This document shows, one piece after another, positions 55,353 through 64,000 of a stretch of 64,000 nucleotides of DNA (positions are counted from its first letter, which is position 1; every line of letters starts with the position of its first letter). The notes below the pieces were generated by a model. That model was not told where the DNA came from and made no database searches. It worked only from the letters and a program-made list of their open reading frames with translations. The stretch is from the NCBI GenBank assembly GCA_049324475.1, contig JBMOOO010000011.1:163557-227556 (forward strand), given 5' to 3'. This DNA comes from Pseudomonadota bacterium. Its GTDB lineage: Bacteria > Pseudomonadota > Gammaproteobacteria > Pseudomonadales > JADFDG01. Made by a program: the position numbers and the translations under genes.

Positions 55353-58300
55353 ATTCTTCCGTCTGTTCTTTCTTGGCGAAGCGGCCCGGTTGCAGGACGG
55401 ACAGGGCCTTGAAGCTCTTCTTGACCCAGTCATCGTAGATGTCCTGTTTCACCAGGTCGGTGTTCTGCGTGTACAGGGTGATGGCCTGGTCTTCGAACGG
55501 CAGCGCCTGCTCTTCCAGCAGCAGGTCGTACTGCTCCAGTTCCAGTTCGTCGAGACCGCGCGGGCGCTCGGAAGACATCAGGTCGGCAGCCAGGATCCGG
55601 TACACCTCGGCGGTGCGGAACTGGGCCGCAGATGCGAATTCAGCCACGCCGAGTTTGGCGGTTGTCGCATAGGAATCGAGCGCGGCCTGCATCAGCCGGC
55701 GTTTTTCGGCCAGCGAGGTCTTCAGCGGCGCTTTCAGCTTGTACTCGGTGAAACGCTGGAAGACCGGCTCGGCCACGGTGAACGATGCAAAGGCGCCGAG
55801 ATAGTTGGTGCGCGGTGTGGCTGCCGGGCCGGCATTCTTCGCGCCGGAGGCCAGCGCTGCCAGCAGGGTGTCGCGGGAGCGGAGGTCGCCACGTTTCTCG
55901 GCGATCTTCAGCAGCCGGTACTGCGCTTCCATGCGGGCTTCCAGCGGTTGCGGGTTCTCCGCGATGTACTTGTTGTAGAGCCGGATCACACCGTCCTCGT
56001 TGCCGGTCTTCTCCGTGAACTCGGCGGCCTGCCACAAGGCATTGCGGGCAAGCTCCGGGTCGGTCTTGAGATTGGTGTCGTGGATGGTTTCCATCTCGCG
56101 GGCGGCGCCGGCGAAGTTGCCGGTCTTCTCGTAGGCAACGGCCAGCTTGTCCGGGATGGTGTCGCCCAGGGTGTTTTTCGGGTAGCGGACGCGGAACTGT
56201 TCCAGCACCGGAATGGCGGCGTTCCACTGTTCCTTTTTCAGGTAAATGGTGGCCGCGTCGAACTCCGCGTTGGCCCGGATCCCGGCATCGGGAACCACCG
56301 TGCCCACGCGCATGTATTCCTTCGCACCTTCCAGTTCCTTGCCTTCGGCGATCAGTTTCTCGCCCTGTTTGTAGATGCTGGCGGCCAGGCGCTCGTTGTA
56401 GGTCTTGCGATCAGCCGGTGTCAGGTCGTTGAAGGCCAGCACCTTGGTGAAGGCAAACTCGGCGACCTTGTGGCGGCCGAGGTCGAATTCGCCGTTGGCA
56501 ATGGTCTGCCAGCCGTACTTCTGCAGGGCAGGCGGTGGCGGTGGATTGAGTGATACCAGCAGGCCGGCAGTGCTGATGGCACCGGCCACATCCTTCTTGG
56601 CGAGCTGGTCCTCGACGATGTTCTGCAGCACGCCAGGTGCCTTTTCATGCCCCTGGAAGGTGCGCGCGAACTTCAGGCCGGCATCGATCTTGCGGGTCAG
56701 CAACTGCTTGTATTCGTTGTCCCGCTTCGGATCGCCTTTCATCTCGTCACCGTAGGCCTGGTAGGCCACCAGGCCGAAGTAGGCTGCTTCGGCAGCCTTG
56801 TCGTAGCCCGGATATTCGTACGCGGTACGTTCGAATTCGCGGACCGACTTCACGAACTCGCGACCGGAGAACAGGGCCTCGGCATACAGATGGTTGATGG
56901 TGGCGGCACCCGGATCCTTCGGATCGGTTTCCAGCAGCTGTTTGTACCAGCCGGCGGCCACCAGGAATTCGGCCGTGTCGTTACCCTTCTGGGCGGTGGC
57001 GTGATGGTGCTTGGCCAGATCCAGCAGGTGCGACTTCAGCAGCGGCAGGTACTCGGTGCGCTGCTTCTCGTGCGAGCCCCAGTATTTGCTGTTGATGCCA
57101 TAGGCCTTGACGAAACGTTCCTTGGCCGGCAGTACCTGGGTCGGGAAGCCACCGTCCTGCAGGGCCTTGATGGCGCTGGAGGAGAATTCCGGTGCCAGAT
57201 CGCTGTCGGGATACAGCAGCACGAAGGTTTCGAAAGTGTCGGCGGCATCCACGAAGCGTTCCTGCTTGACGTAGACCTCGCCAAGGGCGCGGTAGATCTT
57301 GTGCTCGTAGCCGCGCCGGCCGTTCTTCCTGAACCAGGCCGTCACCGACTTGGCGCCGTCCAGATTGTTGAACGACATGGAAGCCACGCGGAACGTATCG
57401 TCGAGCAGACGCTGGTTGCGGTCCGCTTCCTTGCCTTCGGCCTGTACCTTGTCCAGCAGATCGATCAGCGCGAAGAAATCGACCAGTGCTTTTTCGTATT
57501 CGGAAACCTTGTAGTAGCCCCAGCCACGCTTGTAGATCGACTGTTCGTAGAAGGTGGTGGCACTGCCGGCCCGGATGACTTCGCTGTAGGCGCCGATCGA
57601 GAGATCGTATTCACCCTCGGAGAAATAGCTCTCACCCAGGCGGAACTGCGCTTCCAGATAGAACGTGCTGTTGGGGTACTGCCTGCCCAGCTCCTTGAGG
57701 GTGGCGACAGACTCTTCATGCTTGCCGGCAATGTCGTAGGCCTTGGCCAGCAGGTAGAAAGCTTCGGCTTTTTCGGCAGGGTCCTGACTGTTCTTGATGA
57801 CGGTCTGGTACAGCAGGATGGCCGTCTCGTAGTTGGCGGCGAGATCGCTGCCTTCCAGCTCCGGCACGATGCCGCCGGCCAGGTCCAGCATGCGGTAGCG
57901 CTCTTCCTGGGTCTTCGCGTCCTGTGCGCCCTGCATGAAGCTCTTGAACAGCATGGCGTCGATTTCGCGGTCGAGTTTGACCTCTTCCGCTTCCGACAGC
58001 TGGGCGGGGACGACCGGTGCTTCCTCGAGGGAAACGCCTTCGCCTTCCTTCTCGGTCGAGGCGGCCATCGCAAGGTCGGCCATCCGGCGCAGCGACTCAA
58101 CACGCTTTTCCGGATCGTTGAACAGTTGCACTGCCTGCTTGTAGTTCACCAGGGCGCCTTCGATCGACGCTTCGTCGATCGAACCCTCCGTGACTTCGAT
58201 CTCCACGTTTTCCAGATCGGCCAGCGTCTGCGATGCGTAGCGGCTTTCCTTGGCCTGCGGGGCAGCGGCCGGTGCCGGTTCGGCCTTGCGTGAAGTCTTC

Positions 58301-58407
58301 CCGGAGACTGTTTTCTCGCTTGCCGGTTGCGACGCGCAGCCGGCGGCAATCATGGCCACCAGTGCGATGCGGACGAAGCGACTGCCGGGGGGCGCCGAAA
58401 ACATCAC
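55333..58407 (-). CDS. Large (about 1020 aa) TPR-repeat lipoprotein
   Basis: GTG 58407 / ATG 58404. Lipobox-like RIALVAMIAAGC|AS. TPR-like repeats run throughout (EAFYLLAKAYDIAGKHEESVATLKEL, YLEAQFRLGESYFSEGEYDLSIGAY, ...). The start overlaps the upstream stop (TGATG). Confidence 0.7.
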   Translation of the reverse strand: MMFSAPPGSRFVRIALVAMIAAGCASQPASEKTVSGKTSRKAEPAPAAAPQAKESRYASQTLADLENVEIEVTEGSIDEASIEGALVNYKQAVQLFNDPEKRVESLRRMADLAMAASTEKEGEGVSLEEAPVVPAQLSEAEEVKLDREIDAMLFKSFMQGAQDAKTQEERYRMLDLAGGIVPELEGSDLAANYETAILLYQTVIKNSQDPAEKAEAFYLLAKAYDIAGKHEESVATLKELGRQYPNSTFYLEAQFRLGESYFSEGEYDLSIGAYSEVIRAGSATTFYEQSIYKRGWGYYKVSEYEKALVDFFALIDLLDKVQAEGKEADRNQRLLDDTFRVASMSFNNLDGAKSVTAWFRKNGRRGYEHKIYRALGEVYVKQERFVDAADTFETFVLLYPDSDLAPEFSSSAIKALQDGGFPTQVLPAKERFVKAYGINSKYWGSHEKQRTEYLPLLKSHLLDLAKHHHATAQKGNDTAEFLVAAGWYKQLLETDPKDPGAATINHLYAEALFSGREFVKSVREFERTAYEYPGYDKAAEAAYFGLVAYQAYGDEMKGDPKRDNEYKQLLTRKIDAGLKFARTFQGHEKAPGVLQNIVEDQLAKKDVAGAISTAGLLVSLNPPPPPALQKYGWQTIANGEFDLGRHKVAEFAFTKVLAFNDLTPADRKTYNERLAASIYKQGEKLIAEGKELEGAKEYMRVGTVVPDAGIRANAEFDAATIYLKKEQWNAAIPVLEQFRVRYPKNTLGDTIPDKLAVAYEKTGNFAGAAREMETIHDTNLKTDPELARNALWQAAEFTEKTGNEDGVIRLYNKYIAENPQPLEARMEAQYRLLKIAEKRGDLRSRDTLLAALASGAKNAGPAATPRTNYLGAFASFTVAEPVFQRFTEYKLKAPLKTSLAEKRRLMQAALDSYATTAKLGVAEFASAAQFRTAEVYRILAADLMSSERPRGLDELELEQYDLLLEEQALPFEDQAITLYTQNTDLVKQDIYDDWVKKSFKALSVLQPGRFAKKEQTEEYVDVIY

Positions 58408-60338
58408 TGGCGTTTCCTCTTCTCGATGGCGTCACTGACCGATGCATCCTGCAGGCGGGCAATGGACAGGTGTGTTTCTGCCAGCTGTGCGCCGATGTTG
58501 CGGCGGTTTTCCTGCAGAACGACCAGTGCCTGGTTCTGCAGTGCCAGTGTCTGTTTCTGCAGGCGCGTGATGACTTCGTCCTTCATGGCCTGCAGGCGCT
58601 GGGCCTGGGCGGTCAGCTGGCGGTCGTATTCGGGGCCGGTGCGGAAGGCAATCTCGTCGCGCTGGCGCTGCAGGGCCTCGACATGCAGTTCCGCCATGTC
58701 GAGATCCGACTTCAGGATCTCGATGTCCTTGATGGCCTGCTGCTGCTGGGCCGTGGCGCTGACGGCGATGTCCCAGATAATCAGGCCCTTGACGCGGCGC
58801 AGACGCTCGCGCAATACCGGGCTTGCACCCAGTTGCGCCTCGACGGCGCGGGCACGGTCCAGCTGGTTGAGCTGTTCCAGGGTTGCGGTCTGCTCGAGAT
58901 CGCCTTTTCGGATGGCGGTTTCGATGCGGGCCTGCAGCGGCGGAATGCGGGCACGCAGGGCCTGTATGTCACGGGTCCGGCGGGCAATGGTGTCCTCGAT
59001 CTTCGGACGCAGGGCCAGCAGACGGCCACGGTGTTCGCCGAGCAGTGACTGGTAGATCGGGATCTGGTCACGCCAGTAGTCGATCAGCTTCTCGGTGCGT
59101 TTCAGCTCCAGGTACAGCTGGTAGTCCTCGGCGAACACGTTCGAGGCAAACAGCGAGTAGAGGTACGGCGCTTCCGGGATGTTGGCCGGCGTGTAGTTGG
59201 TGACCGGTGCCAGCGGGTCGATGGAAACGGCAGCGTCCTTGGCGGTTTCCGGGCTGAGTGAGTCCAGCCAGTCGCTTTCACGCACGCGCAGGATGGTGCG
59301 CTCAACTTTCTTGAGCTCGTTGCGCAGGGTGTCGGCGGCGTAGCGGTAGCCGAACAGTGCCTGGGGCAGGGCGTTCAGTTCTTCATAGGCGCGCGGCGCC
59401 AGCATCAACGCTTCCTGCACCGTGGTGTCGGACGTGTTGCGCTGCAGCAGTTCCAGCCACAGGGGCAGGGCCTTCTTGTAATCGGCCCGCTGGAAGTTCG
59501 CGTAACCGAGGCCGAGCATGGCCTGGTTGGTGAAGGGGCCGTCCATGCGGATGGTGAGCAGCGAATCGCGCGCCAGATCGTTGTTGCCCTTCTGCAGCCA
59601 GGTGAAACCCATGGCGAGCGCAGCGCGGTCCTTGAGTGCGTTGGTCTCCTCGTCACCGGGCGGCAGGTCACGTACACGCTTCAGCAGCGGGAAGCCACGC
59701 TCGGTCTCGCCGGAACGGATGAAGGCGACACCGGCGTTGTACAGCGCATAGGCCCCGATGACATCGTCGGCCTTGACCGTGGCCAGCATGTCGGCGGCTT
59801 TCTGGTACTCACCGCGGCCGATGTAGATGTTGCCCAGCATGACCAGCCGCTCTTTTTCGATGGCGGGCGTGATGTTGGCGATCCGGTTTTCCAGGATCCG
59901 GGCGGCTTCGTCGTATTTGCCCTGCTTGTACTGGACCTCGGCGGTGCGGAACCAGGTTTCGTTGCGGGTCTTGGCCAGGATGTCCCGCTTCATCAGACGC
60001 GAGAAGGTGATCTCCGCGCTGTTGAACAGGCCGAAGTTGGTGTACAGGTTGCCGAGGACCACATCGGAAAAATCGTCGCGTTCGGAGAACACGCCCTGCT
60101 GGCGGGCCATCAGCAGGTTGGTGATGGCCGGCAGGTTGCGGTTGTTGTAGAAGTCGAACATCACCTCGCCGAACAGGATGCTGGCGGGGTCGGCCGGTTC
60201 GACATAGTCGTCCGGTATGAAGCTCTTTTTGGGTGGTGCGGCAGGCGCGGCGAAAGCGGTGCTGCAGACCAGCGCAGCCACGGCTGCCGCCAGCCCCGTA
60301 CGCATCAGCAGGGGAAGGCTCCGGCGGGAATTCAACAT
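58404..60338 (-). CDS. Secreted TPR plus long coiled-coil protein
   Basis: 644 aa. Signal peptide MLNSRRSLPLLMRTGLAAAVAALVCSTAFA|AP. The N-terminal half is TPR-like (WFRTAEVQYKQGKYDEAARILE, LVMLGNIYIGRGEYQKAADML). The C-terminal half has heptad-rich helices (IQALRARIPPLQARIETAIRKGDLEQTATLEQLNQLDRARAVEAQL...). Confidence 0.6.
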   Translation of the reverse strand: MLNSRRSLPLLMRTGLAAAVAALVCSTAFAAPAAPPKKSFIPDDYVEPADPASILFGEVMFDFYNNRNLPAITNLLMARQQGVFSERDDFSDVVLGNLYTNFGLFNSAEITFSRLMKRDILAKTRNETWFRTAEVQYKQGKYDEAARILENRIANITPAIEKERLVMLGNIYIGRGEYQKAADMLATVKADDVIGAYALYNAGVAFIRSGETERGFPLLKRVRDLPPGDEETNALKDRAALAMGFTWLQKGNNDLARDSLLTIRMDGPFTNQAMLGLGYANFQRADYKKALPLWLELLQRNTSDTTVQEALMLAPRAYEELNALPQALFGYRYAADTLRNELKKVERTILRVRESDWLDSLSPETAKDAAVSIDPLAPVTNYTPANIPEAPYLYSLFASNVFAEDYQLYLELKRTEKLIDYWRDQIPIYQSLLGEHRGRLLALRPKIEDTIARRTRDIQALRARIPPLQARIETAIRKGDLEQTATLEQLNQLDRARAVEAQLGASPVLRERLRRVKGLIIWDIAVSATAQQQQAIKDIEILKSDLDMAELHVEALQRQRDEIAFRTGPEYDRQLTAQAQRLQAMKDEVITRLQKQTLALQNQALVVLQENRRNIGAQLAETHLSIARLQDASVSDAIEKRKRQ

Positions 60339-60375
60339 GCTCGGCAGGCTCTGACCGGTGACGGGGAGCGGCGGC

Positions 60376-60891
60376 TTACTCGCTCCATTCCTTGAACTCG
60401 AACTTGTGCTGACGCGTTTCCACGTCGTCCACGACCTTGAGCTCGATCATCTTGCGGCCGGCGCCCTTGACGAACTTGTAGGCGGTGCTGCGCTGGTAAT
60501 CCTTGCCCTGCGGATCGTAGCCGGTGATGGTCGCGCGCAGGGTGTGCTCACCGCTGGTGACGTTGCCGGTGTACAACCGGCTGATGCCGCCCTTGGTCAG
60601 GGCCTGGAATTCCTGGTCGGTGTAGAAGTGATAGCCGACGTTCTTGTTGTCGAGCACGAGGTTGATGTCGACCAGACGGATCGGCGTACCCACATCGATA
60701 GACAGGAACATGGCAACCTGTGTACTCGGATACAGCAGTTGCTGCTCGAGCGAGGTCAGTTCCTTGTTGACGTCGAGGACGCTCTGCTTGAGCGCCTGCA
60801 GGTCGCGGCTGGCAGCGTCCGCGGCGTGGGTGCCGGCGGAAACGAAAGCCAGCAGCAACGCCACAACGAGAGTACGGGCAGGGTGAGCCAT
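60376..60891 (-). CDS. Secreted 171-aa protein (short coiled coil plus beta-rich domain), first gene of the cluster
   Basis: Start ATG 60891 gives the signal peptide MAHPARTLVVALLLAFVSAGTHA|AD, then DLQALKQSVLDVNKELTSLEQQLLY and a beta-rich domain. The longer 271-aa ORF version is rejected because it has no signal peptide and its extension has odd composition. Confidence 0.55.
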   Translation of the reverse strand: MAHPARTLVVALLLAFVSAGTHAADAASRDLQALKQSVLDVNKELTSLEQQLLYPSTQVAMFLSIDVGTPIRLVDINLVLDNKNVGYHFYTDQEFQALTKGGISRLYTGNVTSGEHTLRATITGYDPQGKDYQRSTAYKFVKGAGRKMIELKVVDDVETRQHKFEFKEWSE

Positions 60892-61146
60892 TATTTTTGT
60901 TGTCCTGTGGTCGGCAGGTTCGGGTGTTGCGTCCGGGGCAACCGTAGCGTGGCCCGCGGCAGGATCGCACGCACACAAACCGGCCCTGAAGCGGGTTTGC
61001 ACCGCCCTTTCCCTGAGGCGAGCGGCGACCGAGTATAGCCAGAATTCATTAGCGAGATACATAGCCTTCCCCACGCAACGCCCTGAATTTACTGGAACTG
61101 TCGACATGTCCCTTTTCCCGTTGCGGGCCGGCGCGCCCGGTCTGCC

Positions 61147-62082
61147 ATGACGGTGCCGGACGGGTATCCGGCAGGCCGGAGCGGAGATCATCCCCTGCTG
61201 CTGGTGGACGCTTCGTCCTGTCTGTTCCGTGCCTGGTTCGGTGTTCCGGATGTCTTTTTCGATCGTCGGGGCAGACCGGTCAATGCCGTGGTCGGTTTCT
61301 CACGGACCCTGGCCCGGCTGCTGGCGGAAGCCCGCCCCGGAGCGGTGGCCGTAGCCTTCGACGAAGCGCTTTTCAGTGGATTCCGCCACCGCCTGGATCC
61401 GCTCTACAAGGCCAACCGTGCCCTGCCCGACAAGGATCTGGCGTACCAGATGAAGGCCTGCCGGGAGCTGGTCGAGAGCCTGGGGCTGGTGGCGGTGGCC
61501 AGCCGCGAGTTCGAGGCGGACGACCTGCTGGCCACCTTCGCCGCCCGGGGGCGGAGGGCCGGCCGGCCGGTCCTGGTGGTCAGCGAGGACAAGGACCTTG
61601 CCCAGATCCTGGCCGGTCCGGCGGACCGGCTCTGGCAGTTTGCCCGCAACCGCCTGCTGGATCGCGAGGCCGCCGGCCGCTGGCTGGGCATCGACCCGCT
61701 GCGGTTGCCGGAGTTGCAGGCGCTCACAGGCGATGCCGGCGACAACATCCCGGGCATTCCGGGGTTCGGGCCGGTGTCGGCCCGGGCCGTGCTGGCCTCC
61801 TGCACCCATATAAAGGAAGTGCTGGCGGATCCGGGGCCGGTCGCCGGCCTGCCTGTCAGGGGGGCGGCCCGGTTGGCGGCGGCACTGGCGGAGGGCCGGC
61901 AACGGGCGGCCCTGAACCTTCAGCTGGCCACGCTCTCCAGCCGGGCCAGTCCCGTGCCGGGCCTGCCGTCACTGCGTTTTCGGCCGCCATCCGGCGATAC
62001 CGTCTCTGCTACCCTGCGCGCCCTGGGCCTGCCGGCGGGCAGTGCCCGTGCCTGGGCCGATGTCACCGCACCGGAGTCCTGA
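61147..62082 (+). CDS. 5'-3' exonuclease / flap endonuclease (Xni/ExoIX-like, PIN plus H3TH)
   Basis: LLLVDASSCLFRAWFG..., AVAFDE...FRHRLDPLYKANR, EFEADDLLAT, VSEDKDLAQIL and LTGDAGDNIPGIPGFGPVSA (H3TH). Confidence 0.8.
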   Translation: MTVPDGYPAGRSGDHPLLLVDASSCLFRAWFGVPDVFFDRRGRPVNAVVGFSRTLARLLAEARPGAVAVAFDEALFSGFRHRLDPLYKANRALPDKDLAYQMKACRELVESLGLVAVASREFEADDLLATFAARGRRAGRPVLVVSEDKDLAQILAGPADRLWQFARNRLLDREAAGRWLGIDPLRLPELQALTGDAGDNIPGIPGFGPVSARAVLASCTHIKEVLADPGPVAGLPVRGAARLAAALAEGRQRAALNLQLATLSSRASPVPGLPSLRFRPPSGDTVSATLRALGLPAGSARAWADVTAPES

Positions 62083-63207
62083 ATGCTGATCGTGGCTGAT
62101 CGCAACATGCCGCTGCTGGACGAGTTTTTCGGGCCGCTCGGCGAGATCCGCCGGGTTGATGGCCGCAGCATGGGGCCGGACGATGTGGCCGGTGCCGACC
62201 TGTTGCTGGTGCGCTCGGTGACCCGTGTCGACCAGCACCTGCTGGCCCGCGCGCAGCCGGCCTTCGTCGGCTCCGCCACCATCGGGACCGATCATGTCGA
62301 TCTCGGATACCTGCGGGCGCGTGGCATTCCGTTTGCCAGCGCGCCCGGCTGCAATGCGATTGCGGTGGCGGAGTACGTGGCTACGGTGCTGGCGCTGCAT
62401 GCCGGGCGGCGTGCGATCGCGCCTGACCGTCTGAGGCTCGGTGTCGTGGGGTGTGGCAATGTCGGCCGCGCGGTGATTCCGCGTGCGCAGGCCATGGGGC
62501 TGGCGATCGGTGTCTGCGATCCCTTCGTGGACACATGGCTGGCCGGCACGCAGTCATTTCCGCTGGACGAATTGCTGGCCTGGGCGGACGTGCTGACCCT
62601 GCACGTTCCCCTGACACGGGACGGCGTCCATCCGACCCGGCATCTGCTCGATGCCCGGCGGCTGGCAGCCGGGCGCTGGCAGCTGCTCATCAACACGGCA
62701 CGCGGTCCGGTGGTGGACAACCGGGCGCTGGCGGAGCTGCTGGCGCGGGACCCGGACCGGTCGGCGGTGCTGGACGTCTGGGAAGACGAGCCGGCCGTGC
62801 CGCCGGCCCTGCTGGAGCGGGTCTGGCTGGGTTCGCCGCACATTGCCGGCTACAGCGTCGAGGGCAAATGGCGTGGCACTGCCATGGTGTACGAGGCTGC
62901 CTGCCGCGCACTGGGCATACCGCCGTCCACCACGCTGGCCGCCATCCGGGCGGCCAAGGGCGAAGAACCGCGCAGGTTGCCGGCGGCAGGGTCGCTGGCA
63001 GAGATCCTGACGGTCTGCTGCGATCTGCCCGGTGACGATGCCCGCCTGCGTGCCATCGTCACCGGGGACCCGGTCGCCACCGCGAAGGCCTTCGACGCCC
63101 TGCGTTCGGGCTATGGCGAGCGGCGCGAGTTTTCCGCCTGGCAGGTACCGGCAGAAACAAAAACGCCGCGAGCCATGCTCGCGGCGCTGGGGTTCACAAC
63201 CGGCTGA
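62083..63207 (+). CDS. pdxB: Erythronate-4-phosphate dehydrogenase
   Basis: The ATG immediately follows the upstream stop (TGAATG). MLIVADRNMPLLDEFFGPLGEI..., NAD motif VGCGNVGRAV, and HIAGYSVEGKWRGT. The sequence is collinear with E. coli PdxB. Confidence 0.9.
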   Translation: MLIVADRNMPLLDEFFGPLGEIRRVDGRSMGPDDVAGADLLLVRSVTRVDQHLLARAQPAFVGSATIGTDHVDLGYLRARGIPFASAPGCNAIAVAEYVATVLALHAGRRAIAPDRLRLGVVGCGNVGRAVIPRAQAMGLAIGVCDPFVDTWLAGTQSFPLDELLAWADVLTLHVPLTRDGVHPTRHLLDARRLAAGRWQLLINTARGPVVDNRALAELLARDPDRSAVLDVWEDEPAVPPALLERVWLGSPHIAGYSVEGKWRGTAMVYEAACRALGIPPSTTLAAIRAAKGEEPRRLPAAGSLAEILTVCCDLPGDDARLRAIVTGDPVATAKAFDALRSGYGERREFSAWQVPAETKTPRAMLAALGFTTG

Positions 63208-63209
63208 GT

Positions 63210-63401
63210 TCAGCGGGCGGGTGCGACCTGCGGCATGCGCGGGAACTGCCAGCTGCGGGCCAGTTCGTCGCAGGCACGTTCGATCATCGATTCGGTGATC
63301 GGCACTTCGTTGCCCTGCTCGTCGATGATGGCCGCGCCCCAGCCGACCGAGGCATCGCGGTGCGCCGGATGGCGGCTGTCGGTGTTGCGGATGCTGTTCA
63401 T
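63210..63401 (-). CDS. Small conserved hypothetical protein (possibly PA1571-like)
   Basis: ATG 63401 is preceded by GGAG on the minus strand. 63 aa: MNSIRNTDSRHPAHRDASVGWGAAIIDEQGNEVPITESMIERACDEL. The family assignment is from memory and uncertain. Confidence 0.45.
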   Translation of the reverse strand: MNSIRNTDSRHPAHRDASVGWGAAIIDEQGNEVPITESMIERACDELARSWQFPRMPQVAPAR

Positions 63402-63520
63402 GGGGGCTCCGTGTTCCTGGCGACGGCTGGGTACGGGCAAGCGGGACACGGATGAAATAGTAGACTGCCCGGCCTTTCCGGCCAGCCTTCTGCGGATACG
63501 CAATTGTTAGCAAGGTTTTC

Positions 63521-64000
63521 ATGCATGACAGGAACATGGCAGGAGCCGGTGCCGTGACGCGCCTGCGCATCGGTTTGCTGGTCAATCCCTGGGCCGGTAT
63601 CGGCGGTCCGGTGGGCCTGCGCGGCAGCGACGGCATGCGCGAGCAGGCACTGGCGCGCGGTGCACGCCCGGCCGCGACGGAGCGTGCCCTGCGTTTCTTG
63701 GCGACCCTGTCCGGCACCGGCATCGACTGGCTCACCTGGGGCGGTGGCATGGGGGCCGATGTGCTGGCCGTCGCCGGCTGCACCGGTGTCGTGGCCGGGC
63801 AACCGGCATCGGCCGTGACCTCTGCCGATGACACCCGGGCTGCCGCATGTGCACTGGCCGGGAAGGGCATCGATCTGCTGGTGTTTGTCGGCGGTGACGG
63901 TACGGCCCGCGATGTCTGCGCCGCGGTGGGTGGCAGCGTGCCGGTGCTCGGTGTGCCGGCCGGCGTGAAGATGTACTCCGGTGTGTTCGCGGTGTCGCCG
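63521..64000 (+). CDS. ATP-NAD kinase family protein (AcoX-like), 3'-truncated by the window edge
   Basis: This ORF is not in the supplied track because it runs off the window. My translation from ATG 63521/63536 gives (MHDRN)MAGAGAVTRLRIGLLVNPWAGIGGPVGLRGSDG...LLVFVGGDGTARDV...VLGVPAGVKMYSGVFAVSP, which contains the GGDGT motif of NAD/diacylglycerol kinases. Confidence 0.65.
   Translation, partial: MHDRNMAGAGAVTRLRIGLLVNPWAGIGGPVGLRGSDGMREQALARGARPAATERALRFLATLSGTGIDWLTWGGGMGADVLAVAGCTGVVAGQPASAVTSADDTRAAACALAGKGIDLLVFVGGDGTARDVCAAVGGSVPVLGVPAGVKMYSGVFAVSP

Noticed and set aside
55237-58293. 438-aa and 548-aa plus-strand ORFs
   Set aside because: They are antisense to the large TPR lipoprotein gene. 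Their translations are Gly/Val/Leu/Arg-rich without domain signatures.
60892-61191. 271-aa version of the first cluster gene
   Set aside because: The extension has no signal peptide and runs into the exonuclease gene start. The Met encoded at 60891 gives a clean Sec signal peptide.

Overview
This is a GC-rich chromosomal segment (third codon positions are mostly G/C) with gammaproteobacterial hallmarks: tesA/ybbA/ybbP, yciI-yciB/yciV-yciO, rlmM, tusA, epmC, pdxB and glnK-amtB. I call about 70 protein-coding genes, a few hairpin terminators and one sigma-54-type promoter. I see no rRNA, tRNA, CRISPR array, transposase, integrase or phage gene. Because of the GC content, the six-frame track contains many long antisense or alternate-frame ORFs, which I treat as artefacts. 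Layout: (i) 0.1-3.2 kb holds a Slam/DUF560-type outer-membrane translocon next to a FecR-domain cargo candidate. (ii) 3.4-5.1 kb holds glnK-amtB. (iii) 5.3-30.8 kb is lipid-centred: an SCP2 protein, an AraC-controlled GNAT-like/GH3/double-GNAT operon, a delta-9 desaturase, DUF2804/DUF4282, a carotenoid-oxygenase/GMC pair, a ceramidase-lipoprotein-DUF1461 operon, ybbPA/tesA, a YihG-like acyltransferase and a family-III CoA-transferase. (iv) 31.9-37.6 kb is housekeeping (yci cluster, mtgA, HIT). (v) 37.7-42.2 kb holds an AraC-controlled beta-oxidation operon built from peroxisome-type enzymes. (vi) 42.2-50.4 kb is housekeeping. (vii) 50.4-60.9 kb holds a ten-gene envelope cluster with one TolQ/ExbB-like gene, two TolR/ExbD-like genes, two TonB-like genes and several TPR proteins. 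It resembles the Agl/Glt core of Myxococcus rather than a TonB iron-uptake or Tol-Pal system, and I consider it the best candidate for an uncharacterised system. (viii) 61.1-64.0 kb holds an exonuclease, pdxB and an NAD-kinase-like gene. All functional calls come from motif and architecture recognition by eye. No database or HMM search was run, so family names are hypotheses with the stated confidence.
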